DNA from: an uncultured delta proteobacterium
GTDB lineage: Bacteria > Desulfobacterota > Binatia > Binatales > Binataceae
Assembly: GCA_963773975.1 (NCBI GenBank)
Contig: CAVZDJ010000011.1
Span: 13,223-77,222, forward strand
Length of the DNA: 64,000 nucleotides
Direction of reading: 5' to 3'
This document shows positions 8,095 to 17,696 of this stretch, in pieces. Position numbers and translations under genes: made by a program. The notes below the pieces were generated by a model, which did no database searches, had not been told where the DNA came from, and was given only the letters and a program-made list of their open reading frames with translations. Each line of letters starts with the position of its first letter. Within the stretch, counting starts at the first letter, position 1.

Positions 8095-9233
8095 CCGCCG
8101 CCGCGCCCTCGCCCGGCCTGCTCGACGGCCGCCTGCTCGTATGCCTTGGCCCCGGCGGCGTCGGCAAGACCACGGCGAGCGCGGCGCTGGCGCTTCGCGC
8201 CGCGCTCGCCGGGCGGCGGGTCGACGTGATGACCGTCGACCCGGCGCCCCGCTTGCTCGACGCGCTGGGGCTCGGCGGCGACGACGCCGCCGAGCCCCGC
8301 GAGGTGGCATTGCGAAATCTTCAAAATATGGACGACCCGAGCGGCCGCGCCGATTCAGCGGGTGTGCGCAGGCGGCCGGCGCGACCCGCCGGCCGCCTGC
8401 GCGCACTGCGCCTGGACCCCAAGCGAACCTTCGACGCGCTCGTCGCGCGCCACGCACCCTCGCCCGCCGCCGCCGACGCGATCATGCAAAACCGCATCTA
8501 CCGCAATCTCTCGCAGGCGCTGGCCGGCGTGGGCGACTACATGGCGATGGAGCGGCTGCTCGAGCTGAGTGAGGACCCCTCGACCGGCCTGGTGGTGCTC
8601 GACACGCCGCCCGCGCGCGAGGCGCTGGACTTCCTTGACGCGCCGCGCCGCTTGCTCGACCTGCTCAACTCGCGCGCCGTTACGCTGCTGGGCGGGGGGG
8701 TGCGTCGCGGCTTCAGCGTTGTCGACCTAGCCGCGCGCGCCGTGCTTTCCGCCTTCGACCGTCTGACTGGGCTCCATCTGCTCGGCGACGTGCAGGCCTT
8801 CGTGCGCAGTTTCGACGGGATGTATGCCGGATTTGCCGAGCGCGCCGCGCGGGTGCAGCAACTACTCATCGCCGGCGACACCGCGGTGGTCGTAGTCACC
8901 ACCGCCGAGCCCCAGCGCGTCGCGCAGGCGCAGGAGTTCCTCGCGGCTTTACGCACCGCCGGGATCGCGCCGCGCGCGGTGATCGTGAACCGCACGCTGC
9001 CCGCGATAACGCCGGCGGAGCAGATCGCGCCACTTGCGCCGGCGCTTAGGCGCAAACTCGCGCGGGCGGCCGCGGAGTTCGCGGCGCTGCATCAACGCGA
9101 GGCGGCCGCGATAGCGTCTTTGCGCGCGGGCGGCCCGGCGGGATTGAAGCTGTTCGCTATGCCCGACCTCGGACGCGAGCCGGCCGCGCTTGCCGATCTC
9201 GCCCGGCTCGGGCGGACTCTTACGCTGCTTTGA
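8091..9233 (+). CDS. ArsA/Get3-family P-loop ATPase (divergent), copy 2
   Basis: ATG 8091 overlaps the stop of copy 1 (ATGA). MTAAAPSPGLLDGRLLVCLGPGGVGKTTASAALA..., DTPPAREALDFLDAP. The track ORF start at 7806 is an out-of-gene N-terminal extension. Confidence 0.8.
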   Translation: MTAAAPSPGLLDGRLLVCLGPGGVGKTTASAALALRAALAGRRVDVMTVDPAPRLLDALGLGGDDAAEPREVALRNLQNMDDPSGRADSAGVRRRPARPAGRLRALRLDPKRTFDALVARHAPSPAAADAIMQNRIYRNLSQALAGVGDYMAMERLLELSEDPSTGLVVLDTPPAREALDFLDAPRRLLDLLNSRAVTLLGGGVRRGFSVVDLAARAVLSAFDRLTGLHLLGDVQAFVRSFDGMYAGFAERAARVQQLLIAGDTAVVVVTTAEPQRVAQAQEFLAALRTAGIAPRAVIVNRTLPAITPAEQIAPLAPALRRKLARAAAEFAALHQREAAAIASLRAGGPAGLKLFAMPDLGREPAALADLARLGRTLTLL

Positions 9234-9306
9234 AAACTTGAGCGGCCGCCGCGCTCGCATTCCCCCGCGGCCGCGATTCGACGCCTCCGTCGGGCAGCCG
9301 CTTTTG

Positions 9307-9801
9307 TCAGTCGGGATGGGCGCGGCCCCTGCGCCGGCGCGGCACGGGACGCGGTCCGGGCGCCGGCCGCACGGGCCGAACTCGGCGGACTGGCTCGGCC
9401 AGGCCTGATTCGAACTGATCTGATTCGAACTGATCTGATCGGGTTTGCTCCGCTTCGATTTGGTTTGAGCCGGAGCGCGCGTGGCGCGGCGCGGGCATCT
9501 CGCCCGCCGCCAGCATCCGGTCGATCTTCATGCTAAGGTTAACCAGTTGGCTGGACAGCGTGTCGAGGCGGGACTTCAGTTCGCGGATGTCGCGTTTGGA
9601 AGGGATGTTGACGAAGTCGAGGACGGTCTCGACGTTGCGATCGAAGACGTGCTTGTTGGCCATCAATCGTTCTCCCGCGCGCCCGAGCCCTTTGCGCATC
9701 CGTTCGTTGGCCATCAGCTCGCCCATCACGCTCCCCAGCCCTTCCTCGCTCATCTGGCGCAGCTTGGAAATAATATTTTCAGCGTCGCGGCGTGCCATCA
9801 C
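9307..9801 (-). CDS. phasin-like / PHA-granule-associated-type coiled-coil protein
   Basis: LDFVNIPSKRDIRELKSRLDTLSSQLVNL resembles phasin-family (COG3937-type) proteins. The C-terminal tail is basic and Pro-rich. Confidence 0.55.
   Translation of the reverse strand: MMARRDAENIISKLRQMSEEGLGSVMGELMANERMRKGLGRAGERLMANKHVFDRNVETVLDFVNIPSKRDIRELKSRLDTLSSQLVNLSMKIDRMLAAGEMPAPRHARSGSNQIEAEQTRSDQFESDQFESGLAEPVRRVRPVRPAPGPRPVPRRRRGRAHPD
9405..9440. repeat. 15-nt tandem duplication (CTGATTCGAACTGAT x2 plus a partial copy) within the phasin-like CDS
   Basis: Read directly. Encodes SDQFE-SDQFE on the minus strand. Confidence 0.85.
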
Positions 9802-9912
9802 TCACCACTATAGTCCCGCCCCAGAGCGCCGCAAGCCGGGGGCGGCCGCCCGAGCGGATACGGTAGCTGCAAGTGCCCGGGCCTATGCACGTAGTAGACT
9901 CTGCGTAATCTG

Positions 9913-10179
9913 ATGTGGACGATCGCGGCCATCCTCAACGTGACCTCCGGCTTCGCCCTGATGCGTTATCGCGGGGGGCCGGCCGAGATAATCGCGACCT
10001 CGCTCATAATCGACGCGGCGCTGGCGCCGCTCACCGCGACGATCGCGTCGCGCCGCGGGCGCTCGGCGCTGGTCTGGTCGCTGCTCGGGTTCGCGTTCGG
10101 GATGTGGGCGTTGGCGGCGACGCTGCTACTGAGCCCGCGCGCCCCGGGCGTGCCGCCGCCTACTTCTGATGCCGCCTGA
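9913..10179 (+). CDS. small hypothetical membrane protein
   Basis: 88 aa with 2-3 hydrophobic helices (LIIDAALAPLTATIA; WSLLGFAFGMWALAATLLL). No family recognised. Confidence 0.45.
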   Translation: MWTIAAILNVTSGFALMRYRGGPAEIIATSLIIDAALAPLTATIASRRGRSALVWSLLGFAFGMWALAATLLLSPRAPGVPPPTSDAA

Positions 10180-11332
10180 GCCACGCCAGCATCGGCGCGT
10201 AAACCTCGCTCTGCGCGTGCGTGCCGCAGATCACGTCCAGATGGCCCCATCCGTCGAGCCGCTTGACGGTCACGTCGGCGCTGCCGGTCGCGGCGGCCGA
10301 CTCGGTCACCATCGCCGGCCATTGGGCGAAGATGTTGGTGCTGCTGAACGCGATCACCGGAAGCTTTGAAGCCTTAAGGCGCGCAAGCGCACTGCGGTCG
10401 AACGGATTGTCGTAATCCTGCACCGCCGGCCACCATCGGTCGTAACCAATCAGCACCCGTGCCAGCACCGACGCGTCTGAAAATCCGCCCGCCGGATTCG
10501 CGAGCCCGCCATGTCCTCCAAACACGCCGTCGGCGTCGTGGACCACGTGTTCGAGATTTTCCGCCGCGGTTTTGTATTTGGGCAGCGGCGCCGGACCGCC
10601 GGGATTGCGAATCACCGCTTCCATCAGCGCGCGGCGCTTGTCGTAAGTCAGATGGCGTCCGCCGATATCGTCGGCGACCCGCCCGGCAGGTATCGCCGCG
10701 GCCGGATGGCGCACGATGAAACCGTCGAGGATCACGAGTCCCGCCACTTTTTGCGGATTCGTCGCCGCGAACAAGTAGGCGAAGCTCGCGCCGCGGCTGA
10801 AGCCGGCGATGAAGAGCCTTTCAGTGTGCGTTTCGACGCTCGCGAACGCGCCCGCCGCTTCGACATCGCTTTGGAACAAGCGGTTGGTCCATCCGGTCAT
10901 CACGGCGAGCTTCTCCGCCGGCGTGGCGGGTGGAACGAAGTGAGTGCGATAGTCCATCGCCCACACGTCGACGCCATGGGCCGCCAGGTAAAGCGGCATC
11001 GAGTAGCGCGGATCGTCGATCGCAACCTCGCCGTTCATGTTGGTCCCGGGAAGGTAGAGCATCACGACTCCCGGATGGGCCGTCGCGGCCGGCCCGCTCG
11101 CGAGCCGATGGAGCCCGATGCGATCGAATGGAGAGGACCCGCGCGCGGCGACGAAATGCCATTCGTAAACTCCGGAGGCGCCCTTGAGCGCGCGCGCCGC
11201 TCCGACCTGCGAAAATCCGTACGCCGGCGGCGACGCGAGCGCGCAGCGCTCGGCGTCACGCGCTATCGCGATCGCGAGCATCAGCGCGACACAAAATGCG
11301 CTCGTGATCCGCCGCTTCATTTCGTTGCGCAT
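10160..11332 (-). CDS. secreted alpha/beta hydrolase
   Basis: N-terminal signal peptide (MKRRITSAFCVALMLAIAIA) and nucleophile elbow GFSRG in FIAGFSRGASFAYLFA. Confidence 0.8.
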   Translation of the reverse strand: MRNEMKRRITSAFCVALMLAIAIARDAERCALASPPAYGFSQVGAARALKGASGVYEWHFVAARGSSPFDRIGLHRLASGPAATAHPGVVMLYLPGTNMNGEVAIDDPRYSMPLYLAAHGVDVWAMDYRTHFVPPATPAEKLAVMTGWTNRLFQSDVEAAGAFASVETHTERLFIAGFSRGASFAYLFAATNPQKVAGLVILDGFIVRHPAAAIPAGRVADDIGGRHLTYDKRRALMEAVIRNPGGPAPLPKYKTAAENLEHVVHDADGVFGGHGGLANPAGGFSDASVLARVLIGYDRWWPAVQDYDNPFDRSALARLKASKLPVIAFSSTNIFAQWPAMVTESAAATGSADVTVKRLDGWGHLDVICGTHAQSEVYAPMLAWLRRHQK

Positions 11333-11442
11333 CCGCGCAGTAAAACAGTAAAACTGTAACGCTGTAAAATGATCGTCGCGAATACATCAACAGAGCGATG
11401 ACCGCGGGAATCAACCAAGCGCCTTGACCAAGGAGCCTATCG

Positions 11443-12363
11443 ATGAGCGGAAGAGTCGAATTCGCATTCTGGTCGCCGCAAGCCGGCGCGACCGTCAAGA
11501 CCCTGCTCGATCGCGCCGAGATGGCCGAGCGCCTGGGCTATCATTCGTTCTGGCTGGTCGATCACTTCTGGACCCTCGGCCTGCCCGACGTTGACCTGCT
11601 CGAGGCGATAGCGATGATGAGCGCGATCGCCGCGCGCACCGAGCGCGTGCGTATCGGCACGCTGGTATTGTGCAACTCCTTTCGCAATCCGGCGCTGCTG
11701 GCCAAGTCGCTCACCACCATCGATCATATCTCCAACGGCCGGCTCGAAGTCGGCCTGGGCGCGGGCTGGATGGAGCAGGAGTACCGCGCCAACGGCTACG
11801 AGTTCCCGTCGGTCGGCACCCGGCTGCGCCAACTCGAGGAGGGCCTGCAAATCCTCAAAGCGATGTTCACCGAGAATCGCGCCACCTTCAAAGGCCGCTA
11901 CTACACGGTCGCCGACGCGCCCAACAATCCCAAGCCCGTGCAGAAGCCGCATCCGCCGATCATGATCGGCGGCGCGGGTGAAAAGGTGATGCTGCGGCTG
12001 GTGGCGAAGTACGCCGATCGCTGGAACTGTCCGGCCGGCTACCGCGACTTCAAAAAAACTCTCGGGGTGCTGCACGAGCATTGCCGCGCGGTCGCCCGCG
12101 ACCCCGCGGAAATCACGGTTTCGGAGCAATTGATGGTTTGTATCGGCGCGAACAAGGCCGAGGCCGAACAGAAATGGGAGATGGTCAAGGGGCGTAAGCC
12201 GTTTTCGTTCACCGCGGTAAAGGGCACGCCGGATGAGATAATCAAGCAGTTGCGCGAGCGCGTCGGGTGGGGCATCACGATGTTCACGATCATGTTTGCC
12301 GACATGGCGCCGCCGCAGACGGTGGAGCTGTTCGCGCGCGAAGTGATGCCGGCCTTCGCGTAG
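11443..12363 (+). CDS. LLM-class (luciferase-like) F420-type oxidoreductase
   Basis: AERLGYHSFWLVDHF..., GRLEVGLGAGW..., about 306 aa, typical LLM TIM-barrel family. Confidence 0.9.
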   Translation: MSGRVEFAFWSPQAGATVKTLLDRAEMAERLGYHSFWLVDHFWTLGLPDVDLLEAIAMMSAIAARTERVRIGTLVLCNSFRNPALLAKSLTTIDHISNGRLEVGLGAGWMEQEYRANGYEFPSVGTRLRQLEEGLQILKAMFTENRATFKGRYYTVADAPNNPKPVQKPHPPIMIGGAGEKVMLRLVAKYADRWNCPAGYRDFKKTLGVLHEHCRAVARDPAEITVSEQLMVCIGANKAEAEQKWEMVKGRKPFSFTAVKGTPDEIIKQLRERVGWGITMFTIMFADMAPPQTVELFAREVMPAFA

Positions 12364-12417
12364 GGCCGCGCGCCCCGAACTCCGCGCGCAAAAATCGGTC
12401 CTGCGACTCGTGCAGAC

Positions 12418-12440
12418 GCTCCCTCAGGATGACAGGGGGG
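12418..12440. repeat. short dispersed repeat copy A (GCTCCCTCAGGATGACAGGGGGG)
   Basis: Shares a GCTC-n-CTCrGGATGA core and a GAsTCG..CA left flank with the copy at 12552, and the core with the copy at 14262. Confidence 0.6.
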
Positions 12441-12551
12441 CGGCGCGCTCGGCTAAATCGCCGACGCTTTCTCGATAAATTCACAGCGCCGCAACAATGG
12501 GCGAGGAACGCCCCGAGAATCTCTAGAAAATCCGGGTGGCTCGAGTCGCAA

Positions 12552-12575
12552 GCTCGCTCGGGATGACAAACAGGG
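12552..12575. repeat. short dispersed repeat copy B (GCTCGCTCGGGATGACAAACAGGG)
   Basis: See copy A. Both lie in the about 0.5-kb non-coding stretch upstream of the NHL-like gene. Confidence 0.6.
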
Positions 12576-12880
12576 AGCGATGGCGGCGGCAATCCCTTTT
12601 CCACAACGAAGCCGGCAAATACGCCGCAGATTCGCCATTTTTCGGATTCACGATTTCCCGCATGGGGCGGAAGAAGGGGCAGGTCTGTAATAATTCCCGA
12701 CAAAATTGAAAAAAGGGGTTTCGTCTTAAATAAGCCGAAATAAGCCGAGAAATGAATCCGAAGCATTATCCCAGCTCCTTCACTCGGAATGGATATTGCT
12801 CCTTAGACGCCCCGAGACGAATTACACTCAATATACAACTTTCGTCATGTACGACATCAATTCACGCGAGGGAGGATTCA

Positions 12881-13990
12881 ATGTCAACTTCTGGTATCAC
12901 TATCGGCGGTAAGCGCTGTTCGGCGGTGCTTGGGTTACTCACAACCATATCTTTAGCGCTGCTGTTGCTCGTGGTAGGCGGCGCATGGTCGCCGGCGCAA
13001 GCAACGGAATCCGCACTATGGATGGCGAGCGATATACAAACCGTTCCGCCACTGCCGGGAGACACCGGCGGCGTGGTCCAGGTGCGACCCTTCCAGTTGA
13101 CCACCAGCCATGCACCTTATTTTGTAAAGATTGGCAGTCAGCTCGCACCGCTGGCCAACGCTGGCGGTCTTGCTTTTCAGCCCAACGGGAACCTTTGGAT
13201 CACCACATTCACCAGTGAGGCCAGTGGGGGCAACGCGATCCTGAAATTCACCCCCGCGCAACTGACCAATTTGTCTACAGGAGTTCACCCGCATCCCGCG
13301 CCCGCGGCGAAGATTACGAGCAGTTCCTTCGGGCTGATTTTGGGCGCCGTGTTCGATGCGGATGTTAACCTCTGGGTGGTCGATGGGACGAACGACGCCG
13401 TTTATGAGATTTCCCATGCCCAGTTGGTTGCCGCTACCGCGGCCGGGACTCCCATAACTCCCGCTGTAACGATTACCGATCCCACCGATTTATCCGTGCC
13501 CGCTTTCCTCGAGTTCGACGCAGCGGGTGACCTTTGGGTCTCGAGCGAAGCTAGTAACAAAATTGTGGAATTCACGCCTAGCCAGCTCGCAGCCGGTGGC
13601 GCGCAGGTACCCAAGCTTGTTTTGATCGCCGACAGTAACAGCATCAATGAACCCGGGCAGATGCAATTCGACAGCACTGGCAGGTTGTGGGTAGCGAACG
13701 CGGGTGCTGCCACTGCAGTGGCGTTTGCCCCCGCCACGCTCGCCTTGTCTGGAACAGCAGTACTGGCTCCGGCGGCGGTGACCTTAACCTTAGGTACCAC
13801 TAGTACTTTTGTTCCATGGGGATTGCAGTTCGATTCGACCAATCGGCTTTGGGTATTCGACTACCTACACGGCAGGCTGGTTAAGTTCGGGCCTGGCCAA
13901 CTAGTGGCTAGTGGCACCCCGACTCCGAAGATCGTCCTGACTGGATTACCGCTGTACTCGTCTCAATTGACCTTTGGGCCAGTTCATTAA
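12881..13990 (+). CDS. secreted beta-propeller protein with NHL-like repeats
   Basis: GAGGGAGG RBS plus ATG 12881. Signal peptide ending AQA-TES. At least five about 45-aa repeats of the pattern xxFDxxGxLWVxxxxxxxxVxFxPxQL. Visibly lower G+C than the flanks. Confidence 0.75.
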   Translation: MSTSGITIGGKRCSAVLGLLTTISLALLLLVVGGAWSPAQATESALWMASDIQTVPPLPGDTGGVVQVRPFQLTTSHAPYFVKIGSQLAPLANAGGLAFQPNGNLWITTFTSEASGGNAILKFTPAQLTNLSTGVHPHPAPAAKITSSSFGLILGAVFDADVNLWVVDGTNDAVYEISHAQLVAATAAGTPITPAVTITDPTDLSVPAFLEFDAAGDLWVSSEASNKIVEFTPSQLAAGGAQVPKLVLIADSNSINEPGQMQFDSTGRLWVANAGAATAVAFAPATLALSGTAVLAPAAVTLTLGTTSTFVPWGLQFDSTNRLWVFDYLHGRLVKFGPGQLVASGTPTPKIVLTGLPLYSSQLTFGPVH

Positions 13991-14063
13991 AACTTGACCC
14001 GTCTTGTCGCGCAGGCTCGCCCAATTCAAGCTTGGGCTCAGTCTGCGCGACGGATCTTATCGC

Positions 14064-14106
14064 GGCCGCCGATGGCGCTGAGAGCGCTATCGGCGGCCTG
14101 CTTTTG
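14064..14106 (+). terminator. rho-independent terminator after the NHL-like gene
   Basis: 16-bp stem GGCCGCCGATGGCGCT / AGCGCTATCGGCGGCC with loop GAG, followed by TGCTTTTG. Confidence 0.7.
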
Positions 14107-14261
14107 TGCGCTCCTTAACCATCGAGCGGCATTTGCAGCAGCATCGCGGCCAGCCTCACCCTAACCCACTTCACAATTCACAATGGCGCCCCACCCGGTG
14201 CTGCGCGGAGCTTTGCCTGGCCTCGCGCGCTGCGTTATCAAACAACCAGTGTCCCGGCTAT

Positions 14262-14280
14262 GCTCGGGATGATTCGGTTG
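14262..14280. repeat. short dispersed repeat copy C (GCTCGGGATGATTCGGTTG)
   Basis: Same CTCGGGATGA core as copies A and B, located on the other side of the NHL-like gene. Confidence 0.5.
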
Positions 14281-14309
14281 GGCTGAAACGACGCCGGAGG
14301 AATTAAGCG

Positions 14310-16019
14310 ATGGCCTACGACCTGCTGGTCCGCAACGCCAGCATCTGCGACGGCACCGGGGCACCCGTGCGTCACGGCGCGCTCGCGGTGAAAGACGGCA
14401 AAATAGCCGCGGTCGGCGACGCCGGCGGCTCCGCCCGGCGTGAGATTGACGCCGGCGGCGCGGTGCTGGCGCCCGGCTTTATCGATATCCACACGCACTA
14501 CGACGCGCAGATCTCGTGGGACCCTCTGCTCACCAGCTCATGCTGGCACGGCATCACCACGCTGCTCATGGGCAATTGCGGCGTGGGCGTCGCGCCCTGC
14601 CGTCCCGGCCGGCAATCCACGATGGCGTGGGACCTGGTCAACGTCGAGGCCCTGCCGCACGAGGTGCTGATGCGCGGCGTGGCGTGGGACTGGGAAAGCT
14701 TTCCCCAGTATATGGCGGCGATCGAGCGCCGCGGCGTCGCGCTCAACGTGGGCTTCCTGGTGCCGCTCTCGGCGTTGCGCTTTTACGTGATCGGTGAGGA
14801 AGCGGCCGAGCGCGCCGCGAGCGAAGCCGAGACCGCGGAGATGGCGCGTCTGTACCGCGAGGCGCTCCGCGCCGGCGCGGCCGGCTTCTCGATGAGCCTT
14901 GCGCCGCAGCATATCGGCTTCCAGGGCCGTCCCTTGGCGAGCCGGCTGGCGAGCGACCGGGAACTCGGCGCGCTCTGCCGCACGATGCGCGAGCTGGGCC
15001 GCGGCATTATCGAGATTCTTCCGAGCCGCGGCTCGACCAGCGTGCCCAACGAGGGCGCTTTCGACCTGCTGACGATGCTCGCGCGCGAGAGCGCGCGGCC
15101 GGTGACCTGGCTCGCCTTGCTCGACCTGCCCGGCACGCCACCCGAGGCGCATCAGCAGACGGTCGAGCGGCTCGCGCCGCTGCTCCAGAGCGGACTCAAG
15201 ATTCTGCCGCAGGTCACGCCGCGGCCGATCCAGCAGTACTACACGATGCGCGAGCCGTTCATCTTTGCCGCGCTCGATTCGTGGAAGGGAATCTTCAACC
15301 GCGGCGTCGAGGAGCAGATGACGCTGGTGCGTTCGGCGGATTTCCGCGCCGCGTTCCGCAACGAAATCAAGGACGGCGGCGGCAAGGCGATTTTCCGCGG
15401 CCGCTGGGATCGCGTGCATATCGCGCGCGTGGAAAACGAGCACCATCGCCGCTGGCTCAACCTGAGCATCGCCGAACTGGCCGCCGCGACCGGCAAGGAC
15501 GCGGTCGACGCGCTGCTCGACCTCGCGCTCGACGAACGAATGGAACTGGGCATCACGCTCTCGGTGATCAACGTCAATCCCGAGGTCGTAAGCCGCATCC
15601 TCAAGCTCCCCAATACGCTGATTGGACTTAGCGACGCGGGCGCGCACGTCGCGCAGCACTGCGACGCCGGCCTGACCTCCTACCTGCTGCACGAATGGGT
15701 GCATCGGCGCGGCGTGCTCACGCTGGAGAATGCGGTGCGACGGCTGACCTCGGAGCTGGCCGACTTCCTCGAACTGCGCACCAAGGGGCGGCTCGCTCCG
15801 GGGATGGATGCCGACCTCGTGATTTTCGATCCGGCCACGATCAAACCGCTCGCGCCCCAGTGGGTCAACGATCTGCCGGGCGGCGAGCCGCGGCTTATCG
15901 AGCGCGCCGAGGGAATCGAGTACACGATCGTCGGCGGCGAGGTCCTGTTCGCGCACGACGAATACCAGGGCGGCCTGCCCGGCAAAGTGATGCGCACGGT
16001 TTCGCAAAGCGGCGGTTGA
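14310..16019 (+). CDS. N-acyl-D-amino-acid deacylase (D-aminoacylase)-family amidohydrolase
   Basis: MAYDLLVRNASICDGTG...GKIAAVGD...VLAPGFIDIHTHYD, 569 aa, typical of the family. Confidence 0.9.
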   Translation: MAYDLLVRNASICDGTGAPVRHGALAVKDGKIAAVGDAGGSARREIDAGGAVLAPGFIDIHTHYDAQISWDPLLTSSCWHGITTLLMGNCGVGVAPCRPGRQSTMAWDLVNVEALPHEVLMRGVAWDWESFPQYMAAIERRGVALNVGFLVPLSALRFYVIGEEAAERAASEAETAEMARLYREALRAGAAGFSMSLAPQHIGFQGRPLASRLASDRELGALCRTMRELGRGIIEILPSRGSTSVPNEGAFDLLTMLARESARPVTWLALLDLPGTPPEAHQQTVERLAPLLQSGLKILPQVTPRPIQQYYTMREPFIFAALDSWKGIFNRGVEEQMTLVRSADFRAAFRNEIKDGGGKAIFRGRWDRVHIARVENEHHRRWLNLSIAELAAATGKDAVDALLDLALDERMELGITLSVINVNPEVVSRILKLPNTLIGLSDAGAHVAQHCDAGLTSYLLHEWVHRRGVLTLENAVRRLTSELADFLELRTKGRLAPGMDADLVIFDPATIKPLAPQWVNDLPGGEPRLIERAEGIEYTIVGGEVLFAHDEYQGGLPGKVMRTVSQSGG

Positions 16020-16073
16020 AAGCTACTCCCCGGACCGCGCCCCAACATAACCAGCAAAGCGGAGTTGATTGAG

Positions 16074-17624
16074 ATGAACGGAGCCGAAAGCCTGATCCAG
16101 ACCGCGCTCAATTGCGGGGTCGACGTCTGCTTCGCCAACCCCGGCACCACCGAGATGCCGCTGGTCGCCGCGCTCGACGGCCCCAATCGGATGCGCGCGG
16201 TGCTGGCGCTCTTCGAAGGCGTTGTCACCGGCGCGGCCGACGGCTACGCGCGGATGGCCGATCGGCCGGCGCTTACGCTGACCCATCTCGGACCCGGCTT
16301 CGCCAACGGAATCGCCAACCTACACAATGCGCGACGCGCGCACTCGCCGATCGTCAACGTGATCGGCGACCATGCGACCTGGCATCTGAAGGCCGACGCG
16401 CCGCTCACTTCCGATATCGAATCGCTCGCCCGCCCGGTCTCCGCCTGGGTGCGCCATTCGGCAAGCGCGGGCGCGATCGCCGCCGATACCGCCGAGGCGA
16501 TCGCCGAAGCGATGCGTCCGCCGGGCCATACGTCCACGCTTATCGTTCCGGCCGATTGCCAGTGGAGCGAGGCTGGAGCGCCGGCCACACCGCGTCCCTC
16601 GGCGTCGCGGACGGCGGCGCCGGATAGCGCGGTGCGCGCGGCGGCCGAGATTCTGCGTCGCGACGGCGCGAAGGTCGCGCTGTTTATGGGCGGCGCGGCG
16701 CTTCGCGAGCGCGGGCTGCGGGCCGCGGCGCGAATCGCCGCGGCGAGCGGATGCCGCCTGATGTGCGAGACGTTTCCGGCCCGGATCGAGCGCGGCGGCA
16801 CGATGCCGCCGGTGGAGAAACTGCCGTATTTTCCCGAGATGGCGCTGGAGGCGCTCTCGAAATCCAGTTCGGTCGTCCTGGCGGGCGCGCGCGCGCCGGT
16901 CGCGTTCTTCGGCTATCCCAATACGCCGAGCATCCTGATTCCCGAGGGCCGCACCGTCGCGACCCTCGCGACGCTCGAACAGGACGTCGCGCTCGCGCTG
17001 GAGGCGCTGGCCGATCTTATCGGCGCGCCCAAAGCCGTGCCGGCGCGCGCCGCGAAGGCGGTAGCGGCGCGGCCGACGGGCGCGCTCGATGCGACCACGA
17101 TCGGCGCAACGATCGCGGCGCTGATGCCCGAGCACGCAATCGTGATGGACGAGGCGGCGACCACCGGACTGCCGTTCTTCGGCGCCTCGCTGAGCGCGCC
17201 GGCGCATAGCTACCTCGCGCTGACCGGCGGCGCGATCGGCCAGGGCCTGCCGTGCGCAACCGGCGCCGCGGTCGCCTGCCCCGACCGCCGTGTGATCTCG
17301 TTCCAGGCCGACGGCAGCGGAATGTACACCGTGCAGGCGCTGTGGACGCAGGCGCGCGAAGGACTCAACGTCACCACGCTTTTGTGCAACAACCGCCGCT
17401 ATCGGATTTTGCAGGTCGAGCTCGCGCGCGCCGGCATCACCGAGCCCGGCCCCAAAGCGCGGGCGCTGACCAGCCTCGGCAATCCGAATCTCGACTGGGT
17501 CGCGCTCGCCAAGGGGATGGGGGTGCCCGGAGTTCGCGTCGAAACGGCCGAGGCGCTGGCGCAGGAAATGGAGCGCGCGCTCCACGAGCCCGGCCCCAAA
17601 ATGATCGAGATGGTTATGTCATAA
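16074..17624 (+). CDS. thiamine-pyrophosphate-dependent enzyme (acetolactate synthase large-subunit-like)
   Basis: [38 protein letters not shown]..., C-terminal TPP-binding GGAIGQGLP...DGSGMY...NN. Confidence 0.9.
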   Translation: MNGAESLIQTALNCGVDVCFANPGTTEMPLVAALDGPNRMRAVLALFEGVVTGAADGYARMADRPALTLTHLGPGFANGIANLHNARRAHSPIVNVIGDHATWHLKADAPLTSDIESLARPVSAWVRHSASAGAIAADTAEAIAEAMRPPGHTSTLIVPADCQWSEAGAPATPRPSASRTAAPDSAVRAAAEILRRDGAKVALFMGGAALRERGLRAAARIAAASGCRLMCETFPARIERGGTMPPVEKLPYFPEMALEALSKSSSVVLAGARAPVAFFGYPNTPSILIPEGRTVATLATLEQDVALALEALADLIGAPKAVPARAAKAVAARPTGALDATTIGATIAALMPEHAIVMDEAATTGLPFFGASLSAPAHSYLALTGGAIGQGLPCATGAAVACPDRRVISFQADGSGMYTVQALWTQAREGLNVTTLLCNNRRYRILQVELARAGITEPGPKARALTSLGNPNLDWVALAKGMGVPGVRVETAEALAQEMERALHEPGPKMIEMVMS

Positions 17625-17696
17625 ATAATTTTGTAATAACGACTTACGATCGCGCGGTCGTATAGCCTATCGCGTCTTAATCGGGAGGCAACTTCG

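Noticed and set aside
7045-9233. Reading the ArsA-like pair as an arsenic-resistance pump ATPase
   Set aside because: There are no arsB/acr3, arsC, arsD or arsR genes nearby. The proteins are two separate half-size units with degenerate signature motifs, so an ars function is not supported.
11340-11375. Small palindrome ACAGTAAAACTGT and GTAAAAC direct repeats in the divergent promoter region
   Set aside because: It is too short and AT-rich to distinguish from chance, and no regulator gene is adjacent.
14538-16007. 489-aa minus-strand ORF
   Set aside because: Antisense shadow of the D-aminoacylase gene, with Arg-rich low-information sequence.
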